From an uncultured Actinomycetota bacterium (GTDB lineage: Bacteria; Actinomycetota; Actinomycetes; JAHEKZ01), in NCBI GenBank assembly GCA_963718235.1, contig CAVQYR010000001.1, positions 544,001 to 608,000 of the forward strand: a stretch of DNA of 64,000 nt, read 5' to 3'. Below, piece after piece: positions 39,942 through 49,278 of this stretch. Both the position numbers and the translations under genes were made by a program. Each line of letters opens with the position of its first letter. Position 1 is the stretch's first letter. The notes below the pieces were generated by a model that was not told the origin of the DNA, did no database searches, and was given only the letters and a program-made list of their open reading frames with translations.

Positions 39942-40029
39942 GATCAGGTTTGCTGGCCCTGACGTGGCTTGACCGACCGTAGAAGGCCCCGTTTCGGGCT
40001 CACGATCAGCAAACCTGATCGTGAGCCCG
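39942..40029. terminator. Overlapping inverted repeats between convergent proC and trkA-like gene (likely terminator/REP-like)
   Basis: GATCAGGTTTGCTG (39942-55) / CAGCAAACCTGATC (40007-20), and CGGGCTCACGATCAG (39995-40009) / CTGATCGTGAGCCCG (40015-29). Confidence 0.65.
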
Positions 40030-40033
40030 GGGG

Positions 40034-40738
40034 TCAGGTGGTGTGGGCGAAGCGCTCGAGGGCGTCGATGCGACCGGCGACGGCGAGCGTCGAGCCGGGA
40101 GTCAGCTCGGTGTCGGGGGTGGCGTAGGTGAACGCGTGACCCGGCACCTTGATCCCGACCACGGTCACGTCGTACGTGCGGCGCAGGTGCGCGTCGGCCA
40201 GCGTCTGGCCGGCGTGGTCGGGCGGGACCAGCATCTTCACGACCGCGAAGTCGTCGTCGAAGCGGATGTAGTCGAGCAGGTGGTCCGACACCAGGTGGGC
40301 CACCCGCTCGCCCGCCTCGGACTCCGGGTACGTCACCCGGTGCGCGCCGATCCGCTCGAGGATCCGCCCGTGCTCGACCGTGATGGCCTTGGCCCAGATC
40401 GTCCCCACCCCGAGGTCGACCAGCACGCTGGTCGACAGCACGCTGGCCTCGATGCCGTGTCCGATGGCCACCACAGCGTGGCTGAAGTCGGCGGCACCGA
40501 GCTGCTGCATGGCCAGCAGGTCCGTGGCGTCGGCCTGGACGGCGTGGGTCACCGTGTCGGCGATCCGCTGCACCAGGTCGGCCTTGGTGTCGACGGCCAG
40601 CACCTCCCGGCCGAGTGACACCAGGGTCGTGGCCACCGCACTGCCGAACCGGCCCAGGCCGACCACGAGCACCGGCTCCCGGTCGGAACCCGACGCTCCT
40701 CTGCTTCGTCTTGGTCCTTGGTCAGCCAACGAGGACAC
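40034..40738 (-). CDS. TrkA/KtrA K+ uptake regulatory subunit
   Basis: VVGLGRFG, AVVAIG, IWAKA, YPESEAG; RCK_C domain. Confidence 0.9.
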   Translation of the reverse strand: MSSLADQGPRRSRGASGSDREPVLVVGLGRFGSAVATTLVSLGREVLAVDTKADLVQRIADTVTHAVQADATDLLAMQQLGAADFSHAVVAIGHGIEASVLSTSVLVDLGVGTIWAKAITVEHGRILERIGAHRVTYPESEAGERVAHLVSDHLLDYIRFDDDFAVVKMLVPPDHAGQTLADAHLRRTYDVTVVGIKVPGHAFTYATPDTELTPGSTLAVAGRIDALERFAHTT

Positions 40739-42107
40739 GTCCTTCCGGCAGGTGGTAGCGACGGTCGCGGGCCCTCAGGGCGAGGGCCACGGCCAGAGTG
40801 GTCGGTCCGACCCGCCCGACGAACATCAGCAGGGCCAGCAGCACCTGCGCGGGGTCGTCGAGCGTTCCGGTGAGGCCGGCCGAGAGCCCCACCGTGCCCA
40901 GCGCGGAGATGACCTCGAACAGCGCCTGGTCGAGGTCGGCGCCCGACAGGGGGATCAGCGCGAGCGTCCCGGCGACCGACAGCATGGCGAAGACGACGGT
41001 GATCGTCAGGGCCTGCTGGACCGTGGCCAGTGACAGCCGGCGTTGACCGACGTCGACCTCACGGTCGCCGCGTGCCTGGGCCCACAGGACCAGCAGCAGC
41101 ACGGCCAAGGTCGTGACCCGGATCCCGCCCGCGGTGCTGACCGAGCCGCCGCCGACGAACATGAGCGTGTTGGTCACCAGAAGGGTCTCCGGGTTCGCCT
41201 CGGCGTAGTCGAAGGTGTTGAAGCCGGCCGTGCGCGGGCTGACGCTGCCGAACCACGCGTTCAGGGTCTTGGTCGCCACCGACATCGGACCGAAGGTGGC
41301 CGGGTTGTCCCACTCCGAGGCGAGCACGGAGAACAGGCCGTAGGCCAGGAGAGCCAGCGTGACCCAGATCGTCACCCTGGAGTGCAGCGAGAACGCACGC
41401 CAGCCCCTGCGTGGGTCGAACAGGTCGAACAGCACAGGGATGCCGATACCGCCGAGGATGATGGCCGCCGAGACCGTGAGCAGGACCACCGGGTCGCCGG
41501 CAAATCCCATCAGGCTGTTGCTGAACAGCGCGAAGCCGGCATTGTTGAACGCCGTGACTGCGTGGAAGACCCCGAGCCACACGGCGTGCCCGAACGGCTC
41601 GCCGTAGCCGAGCCACCAGCGCAACGTCAGGACGACGGCGCAGAACAGCTCGACCGCGAAGGTCAGCGCGGCGATCGTCACCACGACCCGGCGCACGTCG
41701 CCGAGGGCGGTGACGCCCGTCTCGGTCGAGGTGTACAGGCGCGCCCGAAGACCGAGCCGGCGGGACACCAGCAGGCTGAGCAGGGCGGCCCCGGTCGTGA
41801 TGCCCAACCCACCGACCTGCACGAGGAGCAGGATCACCGCCTCGCCGAACCCCGACCAGTAGGTGGCCGTGTCGACCGTGGACAGGCCGGTGACCGATAC
41901 CGCCGACGTCGAGGTGAACAGCGCGGTGATCAGCGGCGCGCCGCCGGGACCGCTGCGGGCGAAAGGGAGCATCAGAAGGAAGGTCCCGACCACGACGACG
42001 CCGCCCAGCAGGGCGGCCACGAAGGCGGCGGGCCGCGTGGCCCGCTGTCGGGCCAGTCGCCCGCGAATACCGCGGTCACCGGCCCGTGACGGGAAGAGCA
42101 GGTTCAC
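40722..42107 (-). CDS. TrkH/KtrB K+ uptake membrane subunit
   Basis: SAVSVTGL, AFNNAGF, PRTAGF, STAGGI, SALGTVGLS, MFVGRVG. Confidence 0.93.
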   Translation of the reverse strand: MNLLFPSRAGDRGIRGRLARQRATRPAAFVAALLGGVVVVGTFLLMLPFARSGPGGAPLITALFTSTSAVSVTGLSTVDTATYWSGFGEAVILLLVQVGGLGITTGAALLSLLVSRRLGLRARLYTSTETGVTALGDVRRVVVTIAALTFAVELFCAVVLTLRWWLGYGEPFGHAVWLGVFHAVTAFNNAGFALFSNSLMGFAGDPVVLLTVSAAIILGGIGIPVLFDLFDPRRGWRAFSLHSRVTIWVTLALLAYGLFSVLASEWDNPATFGPMSVATKTLNAWFGSVSPRTAGFNTFDYAEANPETLLVTNTLMFVGGGSVSTAGGIRVTTLAVLLLVLWAQARGDREVDVGQRRLSLATVQQALTITVVFAMLSVAGTLALIPLSGADLDQALFEVISALGTVGLSAGLTGTLDDPAQVLLALLMFVGRVGPTTLAVALALRARDRRYHLPEGRVLVG

Positions 42108-42166
42108 TGGTCCTCCCGTCGACTCTCGTGGCGCGAGCAGCGCCGGGGCAAACCTACGATGGACGA

Positions 42167-43519
42167 GTGATCTCCCTGAGCCGTTCGGCGTCGTGTCTGG
42201 TCGTCTGCGTGCTCGGGGTGGGTGGGCTCACCGCGTGCTCCGGAGGTGAGGAGTCGACGATCGAGGTGGCCAGTGTGGCCTCGGCGACCGTGGTCGAGGT
42301 CGTCGACGCTCCCGCCACGGTGACGGCGAACGCTTCGGCACAGGTCACGTCGCCGGCCACCGGTGACGTGCGAAGCCTGCGGGTGAGGGACGGTCAACGG
42401 GTCCCCGAGGGCCGGGTGCTGCTCGTGATCAGCTCACCGGAGGCCCAACGCACGCTCGCCCAGACCCAGCAGGCCGCTGCTGCTGCGTCGACCTCGGTGG
42501 ACCTCAACGGGATCGACGTGTCGACGTCCCAGTCGCAGGCGGATGCCGCAGCCCGCCGAGCGTTCGCGCAGGCCCGCCGCGCGGCGCAGCAGATCCCGGA
42601 CCAGACCCTGCGCGCGCAGGCCCTGAGCCAGGTCGACCAGGCCGAGGCGCAGTACGAGGCCGCCCAGGCGGCGGCGAGCTCTGCGGTCGACCAGATCAAC
42701 CAAGGCGTCGACAACCTCGCGTCGGCCCTCAACGCGTTCACTGCCGCGCAGCGCACCCAGGCCGACCTCGCCGTGCGGGCCGCGCAGAGTGCGGTCGACG
42801 CGCTGACCGTCCGGGCGCCGATCACCGGAACCGTCGTCCTCGGGGCCTCGTCGGGCGGTTCGGCCTCGTCGTCCGACCTCGGCGGGCTCGTGGACCAGCT
42901 GCCGGACTCGATCGCCGGCCAGGCGGGCGCGCTTCTTGGGGGTGGCTCGGCGGGTGGCGGCAGCACCACCGGCACGCTGGAGGTCGGCAGCCCGGTCAGC
43001 AGCGGCGACCCGCTGCTCACCGTCACCGACGTCTCCACCCTGTCCCTGACCGCGGAGGTCGACGAGACCGACGTCTTGCTGGTCGAGCCAGGCGTCGACG
43101 CAGACGTCGAGCTCGACGCGGTGCCAGGGGCGAGCTACCGGGCCACCGTGCGCAACATCGACCTGAACCCCACGACGTCCGGACGAGGTGGCGTCGGCTA
43201 CGTCGTGCGGCTGGACCTGTTCGGTGGGACCACGGCCGACGGCGGGGTCGCGCCCAGGCCGCGTCCGGGGATGTCGGCGGTGGCATCGCTCAAGGTCCGA
43301 ACGGCCAAGAACGCGGTCGCGGTGCCGGCGGCTGCGGTCTTCCGCGACGGCGACCGTGACGCCGTCTGGCTCGTCGACGACGGGGTGGCACGCAAGCAGA
43401 ACGTCACCCTCGGCGCGCAGGGCGAGGAGCAGATCCAGGTCACCGAGGGCGTCGCGATCGGTGACACCATCGTCGTCCGCGGCGCCGACCAGGTGCGCGA
43501 CGGCCAAGAGGTTCCGTGA
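42167..43519 (+). CDS. Membrane-fusion (MacA-like) adaptor, putative lipoprotein
   Basis: Lipobox-like LTAC, helical hairpin, VRAPITGTV, VDETDV, PGMS. Confidence 0.8.
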   Translation: MISLSRSASCLVVCVLGVGGLTACSGGEESTIEVASVASATVVEVVDAPATVTANASAQVTSPATGDVRSLRVRDGQRVPEGRVLLVISSPEAQRTLAQTQQAAAAASTSVDLNGIDVSTSQSQADAAARRAFAQARRAAQQIPDQTLRAQALSQVDQAEAQYEAAQAAASSAVDQINQGVDNLASALNAFTAAQRTQADLAVRAAQSAVDALTVRAPITGTVVLGASSGGSASSSDLGGLVDQLPDSIAGQAGALLGGGSAGGGSTTGTLEVGSPVSSGDPLLTVTDVSTLSLTAEVDETDVLLVEPGVDADVELDAVPGASYRATVRNIDLNPTTSGRGGVGYVVRLDLFGGTTADGGVAPRPRPGMSAVASLKVRTAKNAVAVPAAAVFRDGDRDAVWLVDDGVARKQNVTLGAQGEEQIQVTEGVAIGDTIVVRGADQVRDGQEVP

Positions 43520-44241
43520 GCGTCGATGCCGAACCGGTGACCACCTCCGCGGAGGCGATCGTCGCGTCGAACGTGGTGCGCACCTACCACCTCGATGGCG
43601 TCGAGGTGAACGCGCTCCTGGGCGTCTCCCTTCGGGTCGAGCCCGGTGAGTACGCGGCGATCGTCGGCCCGTCGGGCTCGGGCAAGTCGACGCTGATGCA
43701 TCTGCTGGGGCTGCTGGACCGCCCGACGTCGGGTTCGGTCCGGGTCGGTGGGCGCGACGCCACCGGGCTCAGCGACACCGAGCTCGCCGCCCTGCGCAAC
43801 GAGACCATCGGGTTCGTCTTCCAGTCGTTCCAGCTGCTCGCCCGGACGACGGCCACCGACAACGTCTCGTTGCCCCTGGTCTACCGAGGGACGCCTCGGC
43901 ACGAACGACGCGAGCGTGCGGTCGCGGCGCTGGAGACCGTCGGCCTCGGGCATCGCCTGGACCACCGGCCGTCCCAGATGTCCGGCGGTGAGCAGCAGCG
44001 GGTCGCGATCGCCCGCGCGCTGGTCGGCGAACCGCGGGTCCTGCTGGCCGATGAGCCGACGGGCAACCTGGACACCCGCACGGGCGAGGAGATCATGTCG
44101 ATCCTGGACAGCCTCAACCGCGACCGTGGAGTGGCGGTGCTCCTCGTGACCCACGACCGGGACGTCGCCGCCCGGGCGAGGCGGCAGATCCACATGCGCG
44201 ACGGACTGGTCGAGTCGGACAGTCACGGGCGCACGACGTGA
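43516..44241 (+). CDS. MacB/LolD-type ABC ATPase
   Basis: GPSGSGKST, GFVFQSF, MSGGEQQRV, ADEPTGNLD, VTHD. Confidence 0.93.
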   Translation: MSVDAEPVTTSAEAIVASNVVRTYHLDGVEVNALLGVSLRVEPGEYAAIVGPSGSGKSTLMHLLGLLDRPTSGSVRVGGRDATGLSDTELAALRNETIGFVFQSFQLLARTTATDNVSLPLVYRGTPRHERRERAVAALETVGLGHRLDHRPSQMSGGEQQRVAIARALVGEPRVLLADEPTGNLDTRTGEEIMSILDSLNRDRGVAVLLVTHDRDVAARARRQIHMRDGLVESDSHGRTT

Positions 44242-45422
44242 GGCTCGGCGAGGGGTTCCGGGTCGCGCTGGACGCTCTTGCCGCGAACCGGCTGCGCAGC
44301 CTGCTCACGATGCTGGGCGTGATCATCGGCGTGGCCGCCGTCGTCGTCCTCGTCGCCATCGGCAGCGGGGCCAAGCAGGAGGTCGAGAGCCAGGTCGAGG
44401 GGCTGGGGTCGAACATCATCTTCGTGGTGCCGGGCAGCTTCGACCTCGGTGCTGCCCCGTCGATCTCCCGGCTGGAGCTGGACGACGTCGACTACGTCGG
44501 ACGGACGATCGGCAACCCCGACGCGGTGGCCACCACCGTGTCCAGCGGCGAGACGGTCAGTGTGGGTGCGAACGAGGTGTTCGCCACCATCGCCGGCACC
44601 AACGAGAACGTGCCGAACGTGTTCGACCGACCGGTCGCGCGAGGTGAGTACCTGACCACCGCCGACGTCGACACCCGCCGACGGGTCGCGGTCCTCGGCT
44701 CGGAGGTGGCCGACGCCCTGTTCGGCGACGTCGAGCCACTGGGCCGGCAGGTCAGCATCGGAGGTGTGCGGTTTCGGGTGATCGGCGTGTTCGAGGAGGT
44801 GGGGTCGACCTTCGGGGTCAGTCGCGACGACGAGGTGCACATCCCCGTCACCACGGCCCAGCAGCTGTTCGGGGTCGACCGGATCGACGCGATCGCGGTG
44901 AAGGCGCCGACGATCGACGACGTTGACGCGACGAAGGCCGAGATCCTGGCGGCGCTGAGGGACAAGTACCCCGACGATGAGTTCTCTGCGGTGACGCAGA
45001 CCCAGATCCTCGGCACGCTGGGGTCGATCCTCGGACTGCTCACGCTGGTGCTCGCGGCGATCGCCGCGATCTCGTTGCTGGTCGGCGGGGTGGGGGTCTC
45101 CAACATCATGCTGGTCAGCGTGCGCGAGCGAACCCGTGAGATCGGCCTGCGCAAGGCGCTCGGCGCGCGTCAGCGCGACATCACCGTGCAGTTCCTCGTC
45201 GAGGCAGTGCTGCTCACCACGGTCGGTGGCGTGATCGGGATGTCCCTGGGTGTGGCGACGGCACTGCTGCTCGGGTCGGTGTCACCACTGCCGGCGGTCA
45301 TTGCCTGGTGGTCGCTGGCCCTGGCGTTCGTGGTGTCGGTCGGGGTCGGTGTGTTCTTCGGGGTCATTCCGGCCCGCCGGGCCGGACGCCTCGACCCGGT
45401 GGTGGCGCTGCGCACCGAGTGA
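44238..45422 (+). CDS. MacB/FtsX-type ABC permease
   Basis: RSLLTMLGVIIG, GVSNIMLVSVRERTREIG, LDPVVALR. Confidence 0.93.
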   Translation: MRLGEGFRVALDALAANRLRSLLTMLGVIIGVAAVVVLVAIGSGAKQEVESQVEGLGSNIIFVVPGSFDLGAAPSISRLELDDVDYVGRTIGNPDAVATTVSSGETVSVGANEVFATIAGTNENVPNVFDRPVARGEYLTTADVDTRRRVAVLGSEVADALFGDVEPLGRQVSIGGVRFRVIGVFEEVGSTFGVSRDDEVHIPVTTAQQLFGVDRIDAIAVKAPTIDDVDATKAEILAALRDKYPDDEFSAVTQTQILGTLGSILGLLTLVLAAIAAISLLVGGVGVSNIMLVSVRERTREIGLRKALGARQRDITVQFLVEAVLLTTVGGVIGMSLGVATALLLGSVSPLPAVIAWWSLALAFVVSVGVGVFFGVIPARRAGRLDPVVALRTE

Positions 45423-45449
45423 CCTCTGGCTCTTCCGAGCGAGCGACCG

Positions 45450-46664
45450 ATGCCCGATAGCGTGCCGGGCATGGTCGTCCCACCGGGTCCGTGCCGGGCC
45501 ATCGTCGTCTGGGACGACAGCCTGCTCGCCTACGACTTCGGTCCGCTGCACCCGATGGCCCCGGTGCGGCTCGACCTGACGATGCGACTGGCCCGTGAGC
45601 TCGGAGTCCTGGACCACCTCGAGCTGCTCGACGCACCAGCGGCGTCCGACGTGCTGCTCGCCCTGGTCCATGACGCCGACTACGTGGCCGCGGTCCGGGC
45701 GGCCGGCGCAGGTGTGGGCGGGGCGGACCACGCATTCGGGCTCGGCACCCCCGACGTGCCGGTGTTCCCTGACATGCACGAGGTCTCGTCGCGGGTCGTC
45801 GCGGCGACCACCGAGGCGGCGCGCAGCGTCCTGTCCGGCGGCTGCGACCACGCCGTGAGTCCGGCGGGCGGCCTGCACCACGCGATGCGCGCCCACGCCT
45901 CAGGCTTCTGCGTGTACAACGACGTCGCGGTGGCGATCCAGTGGCTGCTCGGCCAGGGCGTCGAGCGCGTCGCGTACGTCGACGTCGATGTGCATCACGG
46001 GGACGGCGTCGAGGCGGTCTTCTGGGACGACCCCCGCGTCCTGACCGTCTCGCTGCACGAGTCACCGAGCACGCTGTTCCCGGGCACGGGCTGGGCCCAG
46101 GACGTCGGCGGCGCCGGTGCCGAGGGCTGCGCCGTCAACGTGGCACTGCCCCCCGGCACCGGTGACGACGCCTGGCTGCGGGCCATCGTCTCCGTCGTCC
46201 CGGAGCTGCTGGAGGTCTTCTCGCCCCAGGTGCTGGTCACCCAGCACGGGTGCGACAGCCACTTCCTCGACCCTTTGGCGCACCTGGCAGTCAGTGTCGA
46301 CGGCCAGCGCACGGCAGCCGTGCTCCTGCACCAGTGGGCCCACCGGTTCGCCGACGGGCGGTGGGTGGCGACGGGCGGCGGGGGCTACGCCGTCGTCGAC
46401 GTCGTGCCCAGGTCCTGGACCCACCTGATGGCCGAGGTCGCGGGGGTGCCCCTCGATCCGGAGACCGCCGTTCCGGCCGGCTGGCGGGAGTACGTCGCCG
46501 AGCGCCTCCAGCAGGTGGCGCCGCTGCGGATGACCGACGGCGACCACCCCGTGGTCAGGGACCTCGCCTCGGGCTACGACCCGGCCGACCCGGTCGATCA
46601 GGCGATCCTCGCGACCCGGCGGGCGGTCTTTCCCCATCACGGGCTGGATCCGCAGCCTTACTGA
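45450..46664 (+). CDS. acuC: AcuC / HDAC-family deacetylase
   Basis: HPMAPVR, GGLHHA, SGFCVYND, DVDVHHGDG, GCDSH, GGGGY. Confidence 0.9.
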   Translation: MPDSVPGMVVPPGPCRAIVVWDDSLLAYDFGPLHPMAPVRLDLTMRLARELGVLDHLELLDAPAASDVLLALVHDADYVAAVRAAGAGVGGADHAFGLGTPDVPVFPDMHEVSSRVVAATTEAARSVLSGGCDHAVSPAGGLHHAMRAHASGFCVYNDVAVAIQWLLGQGVERVAYVDVDVHHGDGVEAVFWDDPRVLTVSLHESPSTLFPGTGWAQDVGGAGAEGCAVNVALPPGTGDDAWLRAIVSVVPELLEVFSPQVLVTQHGCDSHFLDPLAHLAVSVDGQRTAAVLLHQWAHRFADGRWVATGGGGYAVVDVVPRSWTHLMAEVAGVPLDPETAVPAGWREYVAERLQQVAPLRMTDGDHPVVRDLASGYDPADPVDQAILATRRAVFPHHGLDPQPY

Positions 46665-46814
46665 TGCCCCGAACGGGTGCGCCCGTCCGGGTGGGTTCAG
46701 CTCGGCCCGCTCCCCAGCAGCCCCAGGCGTCACTACGCTGAGCCGAGCTGCCCGAACCGTCTGAGTCCCGCAGGGGAAGCCGGGGCGCGGTCGGGCGTAG
46801 GGGATCGGTGTCAG

Positions 46815-47021
46815 ATGAGCGCGTCAGACCAACCTCCCTTGGCGGGGGCGAAGTTCCTCACGGTGGCCGAGGTCGCCGCGATCATGCGCGTGTCCAAGAT
46901 GACCGTGTACCGGTTGGTGCACTCCGGGGAGCTCCCCGCTCTTCGGGTCGGCCGGTCCTTTCGGGTCCCGGCCTCGGCCGTGGACGACTACCTGCGTGAC
47001 TCCTTCATCGAGACCGCCTGA
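46815..47021 (+). CDS. Excisionase-like HTH protein (Rv0500A-like)
   Basis: FLTVAEVAAIMRVSKMTVYRLVHSGELPALRVGRSFRV. Confidence 0.92.
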   Translation: MSASDQPPLAGAKFLTVAEVAAIMRVSKMTVYRLVHSGELPALRVGRSFRVPASAVDDYLRDSFIETA

Positions 47022-47118
47022 CCCTGTGCCGCCTACTCGCGGGTAGGGTGACGCTTGCGGTCGTCAGGCTGCAACGTCCTCGGGGCCAGGCCCCTCACTT
47101 GAGCCGAAAGAGATCACC

Positions 47119-47217
47119 GTGGGTTCTGTCGTCAAGAAGCGCCGCAAGCGGATGGCGAAGAAGAAGCACCGCAAGCTCCTTCGCAAGACCCGCGTCCAGC
47201 GGCGCAACAAGAAGTAG
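47119..47217 (+). CDS. 30S ribosomal protein bS22 (AURKAIP1/COX24 domain), 32 aa
   Basis: Manual translation [32 protein letters not shown]; absent from the ORF track. Confidence 0.93.
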   Translation: MGSVVKKRRKRMAKKKHRKLLRKTRVQRRNKK

Positions 47218-47231
47218 CACGCAGGAACCCG

Positions 47232-48248
47232 ATGCCGGCAGTCGTCCTCGTCACGGGGGTTTCTCGCTACCTGGGCGGGCGACTGGCGCACCTCCTCCAG
47301 CAGCGCCCCGACGTAGAGCGGGTCATCGGAGTCGACGTCGTGCCACCCAAGGCCGATCTCGGCCGCACCGAGTTCGTGCGGGCCGACATCCGCAACCCCG
47401 TGATCGCCAAGGTCATCGCCGCGGCCCAGGTCGACACCGTCGTGCACATGAACGTCATCGCGACCCCAGTCGGGGCCGGCGGGCGTTCGTCGATGAAAGA
47501 GATCAACGTCATCGGCACCATGCAGCTGTTGGCGGCCTGCCAGAAGGCGCCGAGCATCGACAAGCTCGTCGTGAAGTCGTCAACCGTCGTGTACGGGGTC
47601 TCGTCGAAGGACCCGGCGATGTTCACCGAGGACACCGAGCCCAAGCGGCTCCCGCGCTCGGGCTTCGCGAAGGACTCGGTCGAGGTCGAAGGCTACGTCC
47701 GCGGTTTCTCCCGCCGCCGGTCCGACGTCACGGTGTCGATGATCCGGTTCGCCAACATCTTCGGCCCCGGCATGGACACACCGTTGAGCCGGTACTTCTC
47801 GCTGCCGGTCGTGCCCACGGTGCTCGGCTTCGACGCGCGCCTTCAGCTGGCCCACGAGACCGATGCGTTGGAGGTGCTGCGACGCTGCACGTTCGAGGAG
47901 CACCATGGCACGTTCAACGTCGCCGGTGACGGCGCCCTGATGCTGTCGCAGGCGATCGCCCGGGCGGGTCGGGCCAACCTGCCGCTGCCCCCACCCTTCG
48001 CCGGCTTGGCGCGCGACATCGTGCGAAGGGCGGGGCTCATCGACTTCTCGCCCGAGCAGGTCGAGTTCCTGAAGTACGGACGCGTGGTGGACACGACGCG
48101 CATGCGCGAGCGACTGGCGTTCGAGCCGGCCTTCAGCACCGGCGACACGTTCGACGAGTTCGTCGATCGGCACCGGTTGGCCCGAGTGGTGCCGCTCGGG
48201 GCGCTGTCGGCGCTCGAGGACACGTTGACCGCACGGGGAGGTGCCTGA
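47232..48248 (+). CDS. NAD-dependent epimerase/dehydratase
   Basis: LVTGVSRYLG, MKEINVIGTMQLLAAC, KSSTVVYG. Confidence 0.88.
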   Translation: MPAVVLVTGVSRYLGGRLAHLLQQRPDVERVIGVDVVPPKADLGRTEFVRADIRNPVIAKVIAAAQVDTVVHMNVIATPVGAGGRSSMKEINVIGTMQLLAACQKAPSIDKLVVKSSTVVYGVSSKDPAMFTEDTEPKRLPRSGFAKDSVEVEGYVRGFSRRRSDVTVSMIRFANIFGPGMDTPLSRYFSLPVVPTVLGFDARLQLAHETDALEVLRRCTFEEHHGTFNVAGDGALMLSQAIARAGRANLPLPPPFAGLARDIVRRAGLIDFSPEQVEFLKYGRVVDTTRMRERLAFEPAFSTGDTFDEFVDRHRLARVVPLGALSALEDTLTARGGA

Positions 48249-49264
48249 TGCCCGACGCCCGGGTCATCCCGCTGGACGGCGCAGAGCCCGGCCGGCGGCG
48301 TCCGAAGGCGGCCAAGAGCCCAACGCCGCCAGGTGTCGACGACCTGCAGCGCGCCGTCGACGACGAGTCCGACGGTCCGGAAGGCTCGGCCCCGCCACCC
48401 AGCGACTCAGCCGGGGCGCCGGCAGCGGGCTGGGAAGGCCATCTGGCCACCGGTCTTCGGTTCCTGCGGCGGCGGCTGGAGGGACAGTACGAGGTCGACG
48501 ACTTCGGCTACGACCCCGAGCTCACCAACGACGTGCTCATCCCGATCCTGCGCCCGCTCGCGGACCGCTGGTTCCGGATCGAGGTGCACGGTCTGGAGAA
48601 CATCCCGGCCGAGGGCGGCGTGCTGATCGTCGCGAACCACTCCGGGACGGTGGCGCTCGACGCGATCATGACCCAGGTCGTGCTTCGCGACCGGCACCCG
48701 CAGCACCGCAACCTGCGCATGCTGGGGGCCGACCTCGTCTTCGCCCTGCCCTTCATCGGTCAGCTGGCCCGTCGCTCTGGGCACACGCTGGCCTGCAACC
48801 CCGACGCCGAGCGACTCCTGAGGGCCGGTGAGGTCGTCGGGGTCTGGCCGGAGGGCTTCAAGGGAATCGGCAAGCCCTACTCCGAGCGGTACAAGCTGCA
48901 GCGCTTCGGTCGTGGTGGGTTCGTGTCGGCTGCGCTTTCGGCCAAGGTGCCGATCGTGCCCTGCTCGATCGTCGGCGCCGAGGAGATCTACCCCATCCTG
49001 GGCAACGCCAAGACGTTGGCCCGGCTCCTCGGTCTGCCTTACTTCCCGCTGACGCCGACGTTCCCGTGGCTCGGACCCCTCGGCGTCGTCCCGCTGCCGA
49101 GCAAGTGGCACATCGAGTTCGGCGAACCGATCCTCACCGACGGCTTCGACGACGCGGCCGCGGAGGACCCGATGCTGATGTTCAACCTCACCGACCAGGT
49201 GCGTGAGACGATCCAGCACACGTTGTACAAGCTGCTCATGCAGCGACGCAGCGTCTTCTTCTGA
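48248..49264 (+). CDS. Lysophospholipid acyltransferase family protein
   Basis: VDDFGYDPE, ANHSG, WPEG, YKLQRFGRGG. Confidence 0.9.
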   Translation: MPDARVIPLDGAEPGRRRPKAAKSPTPPGVDDLQRAVDDESDGPEGSAPPPSDSAGAPAAGWEGHLATGLRFLRRRLEGQYEVDDFGYDPELTNDVLIPILRPLADRWFRIEVHGLENIPAEGGVLIVANHSGTVALDAIMTQVVLRDRHPQHRNLRMLGADLVFALPFIGQLARRSGHTLACNPDAERLLRAGEVVGVWPEGFKGIGKPYSERYKLQRFGRGGFVSAALSAKVPIVPCSIVGAEEIYPILGNAKTLARLLGLPYFPLTPTFPWLGPLGVVPLPSKWHIEFGEPILTDGFDDAAAEDPMLMFNLTDQVRETIQHTLYKLLMQRRSVFF

Positions 49265-49278
49265 CCGAGGCGGCCGGG

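Noticed and set aside
31426-42166. c-di-AMP (ydaO) riboswitch linking disA to the K+ uptake genes
   Set aside because: Only about 59 nt lie upstream of the trkH-like gene and no ydaO-like pattern was recognisable.
46815-47021. Excisionase-like HTH as a prophage or ICE marker
   Set aside because: It is a conserved core gene next to bS22; no integrase or phage genes are nearby.
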